From contig CM060732.1 of the NCBI GenBank assembly GCA_030704615.1, positions 69,254,001-69,318,000 on the forward strand: DNA of 64,000 nucleotides, in the 5' to 3' direction. Both the position numbers and the translations under genes were made by a program. Numbering within the stretch: position 1 is the first letter of the stretch; each line of letters starts with the position of its first letter. This document shows, one piece after another, positions 12,301-25,719 of this stretch. Source of the DNA: Takakia lepidozioides. Taxonomy: Eukaryota; Plantae; Bryophyta. Under the pieces are notes generated by a model. It was not told the origin of the DNA, ran no database searches, and worked only from the letters and a program-made list of their open reading frames with translations.

Positions 12301-14309
12301 ATCACCTTATTCAGAGCCTGTAGTCGACACACATCCGCACAGCGTCCCATCCTTCTTGTCGCGAATAGCACCGGGGCTCCGTAAGGTGACTTACTCGGCC
12401 GGATGTACCCTTGACATTAGATCCTTGAGCTGAGTCTTCAGCTTGACCAACTCTCTGTGGCTCAACCGGTAGGGCGCCTTGGCAGGCGGCTCCGATCCCG
12501 GTATCACCTCAATCTTGTGGTCAACTCCCCTTCGCAGGGCAAGCCGTTTTGATAAATCTCCGGCATCACATCTGGTATTTCTCCAAAATCCCCTTGATCA
12601 ATCTGGTCGGCTCCCCATCGCCTTCTCCCTTCTTCACTTGTCTTACATAAAGCAAAAACTAGGGCTCGTGTGACTCCTCCACGCCCACTATCTTGCTGAC
12701 AGAAGGTTTATTCGCCCTCCCACGGGGTTGGGCGTTTCCGACACCTTGTAAAACTTCGCCACCATTCCCACACGGTAGCGTGACTACTCTCTTGCGGCCA
12801 TCTATAACCGCTCCGGATCTGCTCAAAAAAATCATCCCCAAAATGAGATCCACTCCATCGATTTTGCAAATGGTGAAGTTCTCACGTCCCTCCACTCCCG
12901 AACTGAAGAGGAACATCGAACATCAACCTCGTCGCCAATTGTGGTTCTCCTTTAGCAGAACGCACCTCAATAGAGGCCCCCACATCACTGTCGGAGTCCA
13001 GCTTCCGTGCCGTTGCCAGTGTCATGAGGAGTACGACGCTCCTGTGTCCACCAACAACGACACGTTAGTTCCGGAGATTATCCCACTCACAAACATTAAC
13101 TGATTCCCTTTACGCAAGGCGTTAGTTTCCTGATACAACTCACAAGAGTAGTTGCCTACTTGCAAGTCTTGGCGACCACCACCTCCACCAAGCGGCTGAT
13201 GGAAGCTTTGGACAACTCCGTGGTTGCCCGAGTCATGTTCAATTGTCGGGGATTCGTACACTTCTTGGCCATGTGCCCGGGCTCCCCACAATTGAAGCAC
13301 ACTCCATCGAAGGTCGCCTTTTGTCCGCCATAAGGCATCGCACCTGATTTTCCTTTCGGAGCACCGGGTGTCGTCTTGGCATGTGAAGGCCCTCCCTTCG
13401 ATTTCCACGTGCCATTGGCCTATCCCACTTCTTTTCCAGTCGAAAGGAGTCACCCTCCCGCCGGGTCTTCTTGTGGTTCAGCTTCGTACGGCCTTGTCTT
13501 TCGCCCCCAGGGACATCCGAGAAACATTCAGCCCTCTCAATTGTCTCGTTCAAAGTCTTAGGTGGCTTCTCCTCCAACTTCCGTCTGGTCCATAGGGCCA
13601 GTCCCGCCACAAAGTTGAAGACTATTTCTAGTTCTGTCATGTCCGCGACTTCGAGCAACAGCACATTGAAAGCCTGCACATATCCCCGAATGTCATCCGT
13701 TTGCTTCAGATTCCTCATCTTGTCTCGGGCGAACCAGGACGCGTTGAGGGGCACAAACTGTCTCTTCATCAGTTCCTTGAACCCACTCCAGTTCAAGGTT
13801 TCCGGGTTTGGACCTCAGTCGTGAAGGCGTTTCTACCACCATTGTTGAGCATAGCCCCTCAAATAGGTAGGAGCCACTTCCACCCGATCCTCGTCACTCA
13901 ACTTGGCCGCCCGGAAGTACTGCTCTAGCTCCAAGAGCCAGGTATTGAGTGCCTTCCGATTTCGGACACCCAAGAAGGAGCCGGGTTCCTTAGGCTTCAC
14001 CTTAAACTTTGCCTTAGTGGAAGTGGCATTAGCCGCCTTCAATACGTCTTTCAACGTCCCACCAAACTGCGCCAACAACCCTTCCCAAAAGGCTGCTGGC
14101 ATGGGAGGCATCTGTTGGTCTGTCAGAGCTCTCAGGGATTCCTCGGGCTCCGACTCCTCAGATTCCTCCCGTTCTTGAGAGGCCTCGTTTTCAAAAGCAT
14201 GCATCGCTTCCTCAAATGGCCGCTTCGGTGACACGTCGCCCCCATCGGGCTCACCATGATCATCATCTTTCGGGCCGTTCCGCTTTTGCTTTGGCTTGCC
14301 CGACCCCAT
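9363..14309 (-). pseudogene. gag-pol with C-terminal chromodomain, frameshifted
   Basis: RT (YIDDILVY), RNase H (TDASDFAIG), integrase core (SDRDPKFTS...DGQTER), GPY/F region and chromodomain EYEVEAVLKSR...EYLVKWTGY. Confidence 0.95.
10517..10893 (+). other. foreign insertion in integrase: 3' end of a SWIM-domain transposase gene
   Basis: Interrupts integrase between KKQAGLVQ and the PIPE-like motif. Encodes EVPPPGFGRVY...PTCNCTDF...CPCKHLYYVY, and after a frameshift LRCNSITHHFIHAPGLSPQEVHTL*. Homologous to the C-terminus of the 44560-45993 ORF. Confidence 0.85.
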
Positions 14310-14364
14310 GATGAGGCCAATCCCAAGGACGATCGCGTATTGAACTCTAAGCTCTGATATCAAG

Positions 14365-15087
14365 TGTCGCACACCTCACTTCGGTAAGCTCCCCTTCAAG
14401 TCATAGTTACTCGCTTTGATGCGCGCGCCTAACTCCCAACCTGGCCGCCGGGCCAACTCGGAGCTTCGGCTGCTCACCGGGACATAACGGTCCCCCTTTA
14501 CTCTTCCAAGGAACCCTCCACCAATTTGGGCCTAGTGGAAATTCCCTTTGGTAGATGGCAGTCCGGAATAGCTCCCTACTCCTTGGTCGCTTTCCGCCTC
14601 GCTCGCTTACTCATTAGTTTTTTGTCACCAACGACCTTGTACCGTTCTCGGGGTTACTACTCCCTATATATACTTCTGTGACTGTCCGCGGGGGTTTCAC
14701 AAACAAACATACCATTTTATGGCGAACCACCACGAAGATCCTCGGTGATGAGTCGCGGTGAGTCTTGGCCCACCCACCACGGCCCTATTGGACTGTGGTG
14801 AGTCCCAAGACTCCCCACGACTCCCACCACAAGGTCTCCGCCCCATGGTGAGTCCTATGCCACCCCCACTAAGTCCCACTAAGCTACCACCACCCCTTGT
14901 GGAGCCACCCCCACCGCAACCCGGTGTGCAGGGCTCCACCTAGTGAGTGCCTCGCTCCACCTCTTTGAGTGCCTTGGGCACTCAAGGGTGCTTCAGCCCC
15001 CCTGTACCTATTGCTGCCACCGCCCCCACCACAGGGGTAGCCCCTCTGCGTCCCGACCCCCTGCCCTCAAGGCAAAGGGCCGCGACA
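14365..15087 (-). repeat. 5' LTR of gypsy copy 2 (723 bp)
   Basis: TGTCGC...GCGACA termini adjacent to the PBS. Confidence 0.95.
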
Positions 15088-17206
15088 GCTTAAGCCTCAG
15101 CCTCGAGATTTTCTGATGTTCTTGAGGAGGGTCACTCTCTAGTGAAAGTACCCCGGACAATGTATCAGAAAATTATTTGAACCAGACCAGGAGGTGTGGT
15201 CTTGGTATGAGTGGAGTCAAGGAGGGTTAGAACATACAGACAGAGAGGAAGAGTGACTAGGCGGATAGCACACATCTAAACACTATTTTAACTAATTCTG
15301 GACTTTTGTTTGGTCCAGAAATAATATGAGAAATATGAATAAACAAAATTTATTATGCGATATATATGATTATTTAGCTATTTTATGCACAATATAACCA
15401 TGAACAATAATCCTCCAAACATTTTTTGGATACATTATAAGTATGTATTGTGGTTCTAGAAGAACATCCACTGCCAAGTTGACGTTCACAAAAAAAATGG
15501 GATGATGCAATAAATTACACCATGATGTGAGGTCAGATATGTAAAACTTTTTGCACAAATGGTTGTCATATCAGATGATATACAAAACCAAACATTGAAC
15601 AATCATGGCATGTGATGAAGAGGATGACATGAAAGAATGAGTCCGCATACATTGATGATAAACATTCATATTTTATTAGAGATTGCAACTTTGGCGTTGC
15701 AGTCAGACATAATGTAACGTCAACTGTACATCTTTTCACATGACCGTACCACTTGGGGTGCGTATGAATTATGAATAGTGGCAGGGGACCTAATGGATGG
15801 AATATGCTGAAGGACCTAGAAAAGGCAATCCAGACCATCTGGGATGCCCAAAAAGACGATTTCTTCTTCATTGATTCTCTTCAAGTTATTTCAAGAATTT
15901 GAAGTAGAAACATGTTTGTATAGCATTGTCTCAATGAAAGCTTGGTTATTGTTGAGAAGTGTGGTATGTAGGTGCAGAGGATTGTATGGCTGATCTGGGA
16001 GATGGTTCGGTTGATCCTATGCAGGCATCAGAACTTCGGAGGAGCTGCTGCAACTTATAGCTCATTTTTTCTACAACGGCATGCGACCAGCTTGCTTAGA
16101 GAAGAACTCAGCTGCAGAGCAGCTTAGAAACATCGCCTAAGCATAGGTCAAAAAGTACAGGAATTTGTATGAGAACATCTAGATTTTTTATTTATTTTGG
16201 GCATGGGGAGAGAGAAGGAAACAACTTTGCAAAAGGTGAGTTTTGACAGGTCTCATACCATTCAAAGTGCGATTTGCCCTTCAAAATAAGGGTGATTGGC
16301 AAAGTACCCTGCAAAATGTTATTGGGACGCCCTTCACACTGAAGGGTTTGGAAAAAACTACACCTCGCGCGGTCTTTGTGTAGAGGATGGAGGTAGGCTG
16401 CTCGGTTGAAAGCTAGGCTACTTGCTGATTCACTGGTAGTGATCGACATCGACCCAACTGGTATGCTTGAAATCTAGACTAATAAGAATTGGACTTGCCC
16501 GTCCAATTTCCATAATGGCACTCTCATTCCCCAATTGTCTAGATTGACTAACAATTTTGAAGCTGTCCAGTTTTATATTGAACCTTTTGTCCTCATCTGT
16601 ACTACTTTATATTTCAACCACTCAAATGTACATCAAGGACATTTGTTGCCTCTTCTGAGCCATATTCATCTTGGGATTAGCCGGATTACAAGTGGAGATC
16701 TGGTGTAAGGTTGTTGTGTTCTCATACTGTATTTTGTGGATAGTCCTGGAATGGTAAATTTTGAAAATGTGAGTCAGGGAGCAGGTGGCTGCTGGTGTTT
16801 CAGCAGAGCTTCTTGGTGGATTTCTTCTACCTGTATGGCCTTCCTCAATGTATTGAAGATGTTTGTAGGGACTAGGGACAATTTTGTCGTCAGGATGATG
16901 TCCACATCAAAAGTCACCTCATTACATCACAACACTCGAGTGTCAACTCTTGCTCTTGAAAGCTCTAGGTCACTGGTGGTGTAAGGTCACTGGTGGTGTA
17001 GGGCCATTTCCTTGGTTTCTCCCCCAAGTAGAGAGTGATGGGAGATCACAGCTAGCTAGCTACAAACATAAATGAAGAAACTCATATATAGAGTACACAA
17101 GTAAATAGAGAAGTTTGTAAGACTTTTGCATCTAGCCACCAAAACACCGTTACACAACAGTGAATCACTATGTATTGCTTCACTGTCTAGAGGAAAACAT
17201 TCCATA

Positions 17207-17511
17207 CTAGCGATCGTAGTTCGCCACCTGCACGCTACGTGGAAATATCAAATGGCGTGTTGGAGCCCAAAAAATGGTGGTTGTTATTACAGTCACAAAC
17301 CCAATTGCCATGCCCAAGACAAAGCCAGGAATTGATAGAACCTCTTCTACCCGATCTATGGTATTTCCTTGTGAGGGACATTGGTTGGAGAGAGGAAAGC
17401 CGCATAGATTGGGATTGTCGAAAAAAAACAAGTTTGGGAATTTTGAGCTGGAGACGCCATTTGGAATCTGCCCAGAGAGGTTGTTGTGGGAGAGATTAAG
17501 GAACCCCAAGG
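17207..17511 (-). pseudogene. LRR receptor-like protein, 3' part (last LRR, cap, TM, short tail)
   Basis: FLNLSHNNLSGQIP...DNPNLCGFPLSNQC, then a hydrophobic TM segment GFVLGMAIGFVTVI. No kinase domain follows. Confidence 0.9.
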
Positions 17512-17749
17512 CCTAGTTGCAAATTTGGACGTGACGTGGCGTTGACGCGTCAGCGTCACGTCCGACGTCAGCGACAGACGTGCGTCACGTCACGTCCTAA
17601 ACCGACGTTACTATACATAAATATGTTTAGTTTTTTACTTTACTATTAACTATTTACTATGAGAACCGACGTGGCAACCGATGTGGCCTCATTACGTGGA
17701 CTTCATTAATTATCCGTAAAATTCATATATTATGATTTATATTGTCAAT

Positions 17750-18160
17750 CATGCGACCGTCAGCAAAGGTTGGTCGGACAAATTTTTATTTTTTTTAAAA
17801 TAGGTGCGACCACCAGAAGGGGGCACATTTTCTTATTTTTTAAATGGGTGCGACCACAGCAGGTGGTGGTCATTTTCATTTTTTCTTATAGGTGCGACCA
17901 CAAGAGAGGGTGGTCGCACATTTTTTTTTAAAAAAAAATTGGGTGCGACCACCAGCAGGTGGTGGTCGCAATTTTTTCATTTTTTTTAAATAGGTACGAC
18001 CACCAGCAGGTGGTGGTCGCAACTTTTTCATTTTTTTAAAATAGGTGCGACCACCAGCAGGGGATGGTTGCACATTTTTAATTATTTTTTAAATGGGTGC
18101 GACCACGAACCGGTGGTGGTCGCAGACTTTTTCTATTTTGTTATTAGATGCGACCGCTCC
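17750..18160. repeat. array of palindromic GCGACCACC-(n)-GGTGGTCGC units with A/T spacers
   Basis: Repeated TGCGACCACCAGCAGG..GGTGGTCGCA units at roughly 55-60 bp spacing. Confidence 0.9.
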
Positions 18161-18519
18161 CTGGACACGTGGCGAGGCGTGAATGGGCAGCAGAGGCGGT
18201 CGCACGTCAGGCCTCTCGACGCAGTATATAAGGGTCTACCCCTCATTCCCAAACCACTTTTTTCCCTCTCTGTGAGTGCGGTTCTGGGGCTTCTTGGAGT
18301 TTGAACTTTGGTGGCCAGGACTGAGCGTGGGGATGGGGGAGAAAGTGGATTTGTGTGGGGGAGGAGTTTTTGCCTTTTTTCCTGGACTGCGGGAGAGTTG
18401 CTTTGGGTACTATACCAATAGAGGGTGAGGAAATTGGTCTGCTAGTATATAAGGTTATCAATAGTCTGGGTTTAGTTTTCCGTTACGAAGCCGCGTCTAT
18501 TCCGCAGAGTACTTTCATC

Positions 18520-20008
18520 ATGTCCGGAAACGTTGCTTCGAACGCAGTGTCAGGGGGTTCCTCGGGAAGTGGGCGTAAAGGTAGGAAGCGTAATCATGCA
18601 CATGAACGGGATAGTCAGGTCAACAAAAAAGACTATCCAAGCGGAGAGGCCGCAAAGGTGGTGAAGCAAGTAGTGCTAGATTATTTGAAGGACAATGACA
18701 TAATGCGTTTGAATCTTTTGTATGTCCGACATGGGAATGAGGGGTTCCTTAGATTCCAGCACAATATGAGATGAGATGAGAGAGGCTTTGGTCGGGGATG
18801 AATAGGAGGAGACAGGACGAGTTCAAGTTCACGAAATGGATGAGGACCGGGCCCATGATGCCACATGGAATCTGAGGCAAACCATGGACAAGTTTGTTAC
18901 GAGAACACCTGTAGCTGAAGGTCGCATGCCAACTTCGGAGGAGGAGTTTGTTTGTGCTTGTGGATTGGTGATCTGACATGGCAAAGGCCCACGCCAACGA
19001 CGTACAAACCACTCCCCTGGAAGGCAGGGTCCTTGTCCGCGGATGCGGCATTGAACGTGAGATACATATCCACAAACGCACAGGTACAACAACTCGACGC
19101 GCCCAAACATGGAGGGTATGGTACAATTCGGAGGGTTAGAATTGTTGGGGATCAATTCATTCCTCCATCTTGGGAGCTAGCAGGGAAAACGCCCAGGGAA
19201 CAAAATGTTGAGCTTGCCAAGTCCAACATAACAATGAGGCGTTGCTGTAAAGTTCCATCATTTCGGCATCATAAAATATTTTTGCGTTGCATCCACGTCG
19301 AATGAAGTTACACACATTGGTGGAATGGGGGGACCATAGCGATCATGGTTGAGTATTGACAGGAAATGGGGAATGATCGGGATAACAGGGAGTTAATGGA
19401 ACGACGGGGGACGGAGCAGGAAATGCAGGAGGTCAACCGACTGGTTCGATTCCGACAGAATCGCACCAATTGGCATGGGCGCTTTTGCACATCATGCTCA
19501 ACGTCCATAATCACCACCTCTTGCACAACGACATGTCCCCCGACAACATCTTGTTGCATTTTCCACAAGGGTCTGAAGATGTGTACATCGGGGTATGCGA
19601 TTGGGGGATGGCCTCCAACGGATGACCCAAAAACCACGTTGTACATTTTCGAGAGCAGAGACAAGATGATAAAGACTCTCGCACATAGATGGTGGATTGC
19701 ACCTGAAATTGCAATTGTTCATAATGTAGCCAACAACCAGTCAGATGGCACACACCTCGTAGGCCCCCTCTAACCGTGCCATCAGAGACTTTTGCAATTG
19801 GGAAGATAGCCCAGGCAATAAATGGGGTAACACGTTCGATGCAAGTTGTTCAACGATATGTCTACTGGAACTGTTTTGCTTCGCTCTGGAAAACTTGTGT
19901 GTAGACACAGTAGAATTGCGGTACAAACTAGAAAATGTTGTGAAGCGTTTCATGACGGGGCTATTCAATTGGCCTGAGCCCAAAAATTGTTGGAGGATGG
20001 CCTTGTAG
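18520..20008 (+). pseudogene. transposon-borne non-RD protein kinase, frameshifted
   Basis: Gly-loop HGGYGTIRRV, ELAGK lysine, catalytic loop LLHNDMSPDNILLHF (about 19520-19560), VCDWGMAS (DFG equivalent) and WWIAPE. TATATAAGGG lies upstream at about 18225. Confidence 0.85.
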
Positions 20009-20169
20009 ACCTCTGACTGTACATCATGTTTGAATAAATGTTGTTTTCAATTGTGTTTGTCTCGTACCATAATGTTTTAATGGTTTGTTACTTGGCCATG
20101 GCACCTGGGTCCATCATATGGGGATAATCAAGCACCACACCCACGAATCTTGAAAAGTGACAGTGTACA

Positions 20170-21390
20170 CCGGGTCAATGGGTGAACCAATCGTTCCCCT
20201 GCCAAATGATTTTAGATTGATTTGAAACTTTGGGAGTGTGTTGTACATGCCCTCTTTAAGTTACCGGACAAGTATGAGGTCAATCTAAAATGGTTCTAAG
20301 GGTGAACCAATAGTTCCCCTATTAAATGATTCATGATTGAAAATTGGTTGAAAGGTTTAACGAGTCGTTCGGGGGCAAATGATTATTTCTTCGCTTGCAA
20401 CTTTGTGTACGTGATTTGTACGTACTTAAGCACATATGGACCAAAGTTGAACTTCAACAAAGTTGTTTGAATCGGTTATTCAAATTCATAAGGAGAAACA
20501 ACCTTTCGCCTGCACATGAATTGTTTTTAATTCCATTCTGAAGCCATATGCTTGATAACAACATGAAGAGTTGCATGCAAAATATCACCATGAACAGACA
20601 TCGTCTGCATCCAAAACAAAGTTATCTTCAACTTCATGCACTCTTCATAGAGAGTTCTGCAATAGTGAGCATAGAGCAAAGGATGAACGTTTTTTTCCAA
20701 ACATTTTTCTTTGGTACATTTTTTGGCAAGATGTGGTGGTGTGAGGGTTCAACTCACAGAACAAAATCAAGCCAAAAACAAAATCATTGCGCCACATACT
20801 CATTGCGCCCCACAATCCTATGCCCTCTAAATTTAGTAAAAATCCAGTTCAATTCAAAATTGGATGAAAGGGTGAACGGAAACTTCCCCGATGAAATGAT
20901 ATTTTATTGCTCCGAAACTTTGCAAGTGTCTTCTACATGCCCTCTTACACGTCTTTGAGAAGTATGACATCAATCTAAAATGGTTTAAAGGGTGAACCAA
21001 TCGTCCCCCTACCAAATGATTTTAAATTGATTTGAAACTTTGCAAGTGTCTTGTACATGCCCTCTTACAGGTCTTTCACAAGTTTCAAATCAATCTAAAA
21101 TGGTTGAAAGGGTGAATCAATCATGAACATATCAAATGATTTTGGAGTGCTTTAAAGCTTTGCAAGTGTCTTTCACATGCCATTTTAAAGGTACCGGACA
21201 AGTATGAGGTTAGTAAAATATGGTTGAAAGGGTGAACCAATTGTTCCCCTATCAAATGATTTTACATTGCTTTGAAGCTTTGCAAGTGTCAGCCACATGC
21301 CCTCCTACAAGTACCGGACAAGTATGACGTGAATAAAAAATGGTTGAAAGGGTGAACCAATCATTCCGCTATCAAATGATTTTATATTGG
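20170..21390. repeat. about 120-bp tandem repeat (GGGTGAACCAAT...CAAATGATTT...GCAAGTGTC)
   Basis: Clear 120-bp periodicity at 20870-21390, with more diverged copies from 20170. Confidence 0.85.
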
Positions 21391-21459
21391 ATTGTGTCAT
21401 TGCTTTGGTAATTCTAGCCCCCCAATGGCCCATTGTAACCCTTGAATTACAATTCAAAA

Positions 21460-21755
21460 TGCAATTCAAGCCCTTAAATTGGTAATGTCAGTCCCTAAAA
21501 TGACCAACCCGGCCCCCCTCAAATTGTAATTTGAGCCCTCCAATTCCAACCCCTCAAATTGCAATTGAAGCCCCTGAAATTTAATTCCAACCCTCAAACT
21601 TGCCCCTGAATGCCCTCAAATTGCAACTGTAGCCTGTGAAATTGGCAATTGAAGCCCCTGGAATGGCAGTTTCAGCCCCTCAAATTGCAAGTCCAGCCCC
21701 TGAAATTGGCAATTCAAGCCCCATAAATGGCAATTTCAGCCCCTGAAATTGGCTA
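21460..21755. repeat. about 22-bp minisatellite (GCCCCTGAAATTGGCAATT-like)
   Basis: Repeated CCCT(C/G)AAATTG motif. Confidence 0.75.
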
Positions 21756-21879
21756 TGGGTGAACCAATCATTCCCCTGCCAAATGATTTGGATTCATTTG
21801 AAACTTTGCGAGTGTCTTGTACATGCATCTTAAAGTTACTGGACAAGTATATGTCAATGTTAAATGGTTCAAAGGGTGA

Positions 21880-23520
21880 ACCAACGTTCCGTCATCTCAA
21901 AGCGAACAAAAATCATTTGGATGGGCAACCATCCATCGGCCCATTGAACAATTTCGGTTGATCTCATATTACTCTGGGGCCTCTTCCATGGTACACCCAT
22001 GGGCCTCCCAACACGAAAGCGAACCAAAATCATCTCGATGGCCAACCATTTGTTGAGCCATCGAATGAATTTCGATTGATCTGATATTAGTCTGGGACCT
22101 GTGAGAGGGTGTCTCAAACGTACTGGCAAAGTTTGGAAGCAAACAAGTTTTTCATTCCGTTTTTGAATGGGGCGTGTAATGTAGCCATATGCAATGTGCG
22201 TGCCAAATTTGGGAGCGAACATAATTCATTTGGACCCAAAACCACAGTTTCTTTCCCTGTTTTGCACTCCAAACTTGATTTGTGTTCAACTTTATACACA
22301 CTTCATAGAGAGTTCTGCATAGTGAGCGAAGAGAACACTTTTTTTTGGGGGGCATTTTTGATTGGTCCAAATTTTGGCGGGGGAGTAGTGGTGGAATGCT
22401 GGAAGCCGCAGAACAAAATTGAGCTCAAAACAAAATCGATACGTGCCAAAAAACCCCCAATGAAAGGCAGTGCAAACCTATTTATTGGCTTAAAATTAAT
22501 TTAAATTCAATTACATTATGGAATGGCTTGGTGTCGATGGGGAGGAAAATGATTTATTCGTCTGTTGTGTCTCCGCACATGTATTGCACACATGTTCAAC
22601 ATGCGGGCAAAAGGGGGGGCTTCAACCACATCCGTTCAATGGGTGCAATAGCCGTGCACGCATTGCAGGATTTTTTTTCGCAATGAACAAAAACCAGATG
22701 ACAACTGAACGCCTCATTGGCCCATCGAACAATTTCGATTGATCTCATATTACACTGGGACCTATCAGAGGTACATTGAACACACTGGCCAAGTCTCAAA
22801 GCGAACGAAAATCATTTGGATGGGCAACCATTCGTTGGCCCATTGAACGAATTTCGATTGATCTCATATTACTCTGGGGCCTCTTCCATGGCACATTGAA
22901 CATTTGGCCAACTCTCAAAGCAAACCAAAATCATCTCGATGGCCAACCATCTTTCAACCGCATCCGTTTAATGAGGGCAATAACCGTGCACGCATTGCAT
23001 GATTTCTTTTTCGCAATGAACAAAAACTAGATCACAATTGAACGCCTCATTGGCCCATCAAATGAATTTCGATTGATCTCATATTACACTGGGACCTATC
23101 AGAGAGTACATTGAACACACTGGCCAAGTCTTAAAGCGAACAAAAATCATTTGGATGGGCAATCATCCGTTGCCCCATTGAACAAATTTCGATTGATCTC
23201 ATATTACTCTGGGGCCTCTTCCATGGCACATTGGACATACTGGCCAACTCTCAAAGCGAACCAAAATCATCTCGATGGCCAACCAACCGTTGAGCCATCA
23301 AATGAATTTCGATTGATCTGATATTAGTCCGGGACCTGTGAGAGGGTGTCTCGAACGTACTGGCAAAGTTTGGAAGCAAACAAAAATGATTTGGATGGGC
23401 AACCATCTGAATGAATTTCGATTGATCTGATATTAGTCTGGGACCTGTGAGAGGGTGTCTCAAACGTACTAGCAAAATTTGGAAGCAAACAAAAATGATT
23501 TGGATGGGAAACCATCCGTT
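21880..23520. repeat. second about 120-bp tandem repeat family (AATTTCGATTGATCTCATATTA...)
   Basis: Multiple copies, interleaved with an about 460-bp duplication (22150-22610 resembles 23600-24050). Confidence 0.85.
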
Positions 23521-23961
23521 CACCCGTTGAATTTATTCCGCTGGATCAGCTATTGCTTTGGGACCTGTTGGACTGTGTTTCGCGTGCTCACGATTTTTTG
23601 TTTTCATTCCGTTTTTGAATGGGGCATGTAATGTAGCCATATGCAACGTGCGTGCCAAATTTGGGTGTGAACATAATTCATTTGGACCCAAAACCACAGT
23701 TTCTTCCCTATTTTGCACTCCAAACTTGATCTGTGTTCAACTTCATGCACTCTTCATAGAGAGTTCTGCAACAGTGAGCAAAGAGAACATTTTTTTTGGG
23801 GGGCATTTTTGATTGGTCCAAATTTTGGCGGGGGAGTAGTGGTGGGATGCTGGAAGCCGCAGAACAAAATTGAGCCAAAAACAAAATCGATACGTGCCAG
23901 AAACCCCCCAATGAAAGGCAGTGCAAACTTATTTATTGGCTTAAAATTAATTTAAATTCAA

Positions 23962-25294
23962 TTACATTATGGAATGGCTTGGTGTCGATGGGGATGCAAA
24001 TGATTTATTCGTCTGTTGTGTCTCCGCACATGTGTCGCACACATGCGGGCAAAATAGGGAGATGTTATCTACGTTTCGATTCGACAAACGTGTTGCACGT
24101 TGGAGGGAGGACAACGCTTCTTCTATCCGTGTTTCCTGCGATGCTAGATGGCCCGCCCATGTCACCCAATTCCGCCAATTCCCCTTCAACCATGGCCACG
24201 ATTGGATTTGCATGGCATTTGAGTACCGATATGCAACAGCCCTAGCTTGCTCGCGTCCCCCCACAAGCTGCTCTAATTCTTGTTCTTGGGCCGATGTAAT
24301 TTGCACGGCTGAACATTCCCCAGTTTTCACTATGGGGTCCTTCCCTTTTCTTGCCCTCTCCGCCGCAAGTCTTTCTTCCTCAACCCTCGCCGGGTCCAGT
24401 TCAGACGTTTGCACTTCATTCCCATGCCCGATTGAGTGAACCCCGTCGATGACGCGGTCAATGTCCATTGGTGGCATATTCAAATGCGCCAATATGTCTT
24501 GCTCGTTGGTGATTGGCCTCGGGTCCTGAAGCACACCGCGTACGCTGTCGAGAGTCTCCAACCCCATTCTTTCTAGCAACTTCGCTATTTGCCACCGTTG
24601 CAAATGAACAATGTCCTGCAGGTCTTTGATGTGCTGTTCATATGCGGCCAACTGTTCCTCCAACGGAGAGCGTACCTTGCCCTCCTCCACCTCAGACGTT
24701 GAAGGCCCGACTGCGGAGACCTGTTGCGAATCTGGAGGTTGGTCTGCAATTCCTCCTTCTTCCACCTCGTCGTTTCCATCGCACCGTATAATGTCCTGCC
24801 CTTGACGTATATACAAATCTGGGATATCAGAGAACATGTATAGTCTAGTACGCTGTCTCGCAGTGGCAGTTTGCTAATCCACCGGTCGCAATAAAATCAA
24901 CTTTGTGTACAACATGGCCGCAAATAAATACGGGCCCTTGTTGTTGTTGCGAGCGATTGACCCCACAATGTTGTATGTACTTCCTCTGCCCTGTGGCGGA
25001 AATGCGGGTTGGCGCAGGTTTGCAAGCTAGCTTGATTTTGTTTGGTTTGTGGATCATGCCTATCTCTGGGCCACAAACGATTTATGTGACACCAGTCCAC
25101 AAATTTCCTAGTCACCAACCACCCACCGCTGCCCCAACTTCCAAACTTTCCCAACCTGGTTCCGCAAGAATGTTGGGGTCATTGTATATGTCCCAACGAA
25201 GTTCGCGTCTGGCCCCTTTTGGTTTTTTTTTGGGAGGTCCAGGTTCATTATCGTCATCCCTGGGATGACCTCCTCTGTCTTCCTCCTCCGCCAT
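23962..25294 (-). pseudogene. hAT cargo ORF2, unknown protein (basic NLS-like N-terminus, Cys/His-rich segment, coiled coil, C-terminal CxHxCxxC)
   Basis: Contiguous ORF pieces 25112-25294, 24845-25057 and 23962-24837. TATAAGG upstream on the minus strand at about 25655. Confidence 0.6.
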
Positions 25295-25719
25295 TTATGG
25301 CTCTGGCTTACCCCTACTCGACAGATGTTTGCTAAGAAAAATGCTCTCCCAACACTCCTAAATCGTACCTAATCCTACCCCTAATGAATCCTCCCCAAGT
25401 ACTAGAGGCACGTGTCACTTCCTCGGCAGTTCTAAGTGGTATGACGCAATGTGCAATGAAAAAAACATGGGTACTAGAGGAGGCTTCCCCGGGAGGTACT
25501 CAGCATCGATTTCGTAGAATCCAACGGCCCAAAATACCCCCCACCCAACCAATAGCACCCCTCTCCACTTGGACTCAATGACAAGGAATGCAACATCCCA
25601 TTGCCCACCAAGTCTTGGTGTGAAGAAAAGTGAGGGAGAGAATGGCCTCCAAGGCCTTATAAGCCCCCCCTCCACACTCGGGGCGTGCGCTGTCATTATG
25701 ACTGCGCACGCTAGTAATA

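Larger units (their letters stand above)
7844..15087 (-). mobile_element. full-length Ty3/gypsy chromovirus LTR retrotransposon, copy 2
   Basis: Two LTRs, 5-bp TSD GCTTA (7839-7843 and 15088-15092), mutated PBS TGATATCAGAGC at 14351-14362, purine-rich PPT-like tract next to the 3' LTR, and gag-PR-RT-RH-IN-chromodomain order. Confidence 0.97.

Noticed and set aside
6748-15232. Older solo LTR (6748-7843 plus 15093-15232) hosting gypsy copy 2
   Set aside because: It looks LTR-like and ends in ...GAACA, but no clean TG start or TSD could be identified. The 7043-7573 ORF has no recognisable motifs.
18520-20008. Kinase as the missing kinase domain of the LRR gene
   Set aside because: It is on the opposite strand, lies inside the TSD-bounded element and lacks RLK/Pelle-type motifs. 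The LRR gene ends with a stop after its TM segment.
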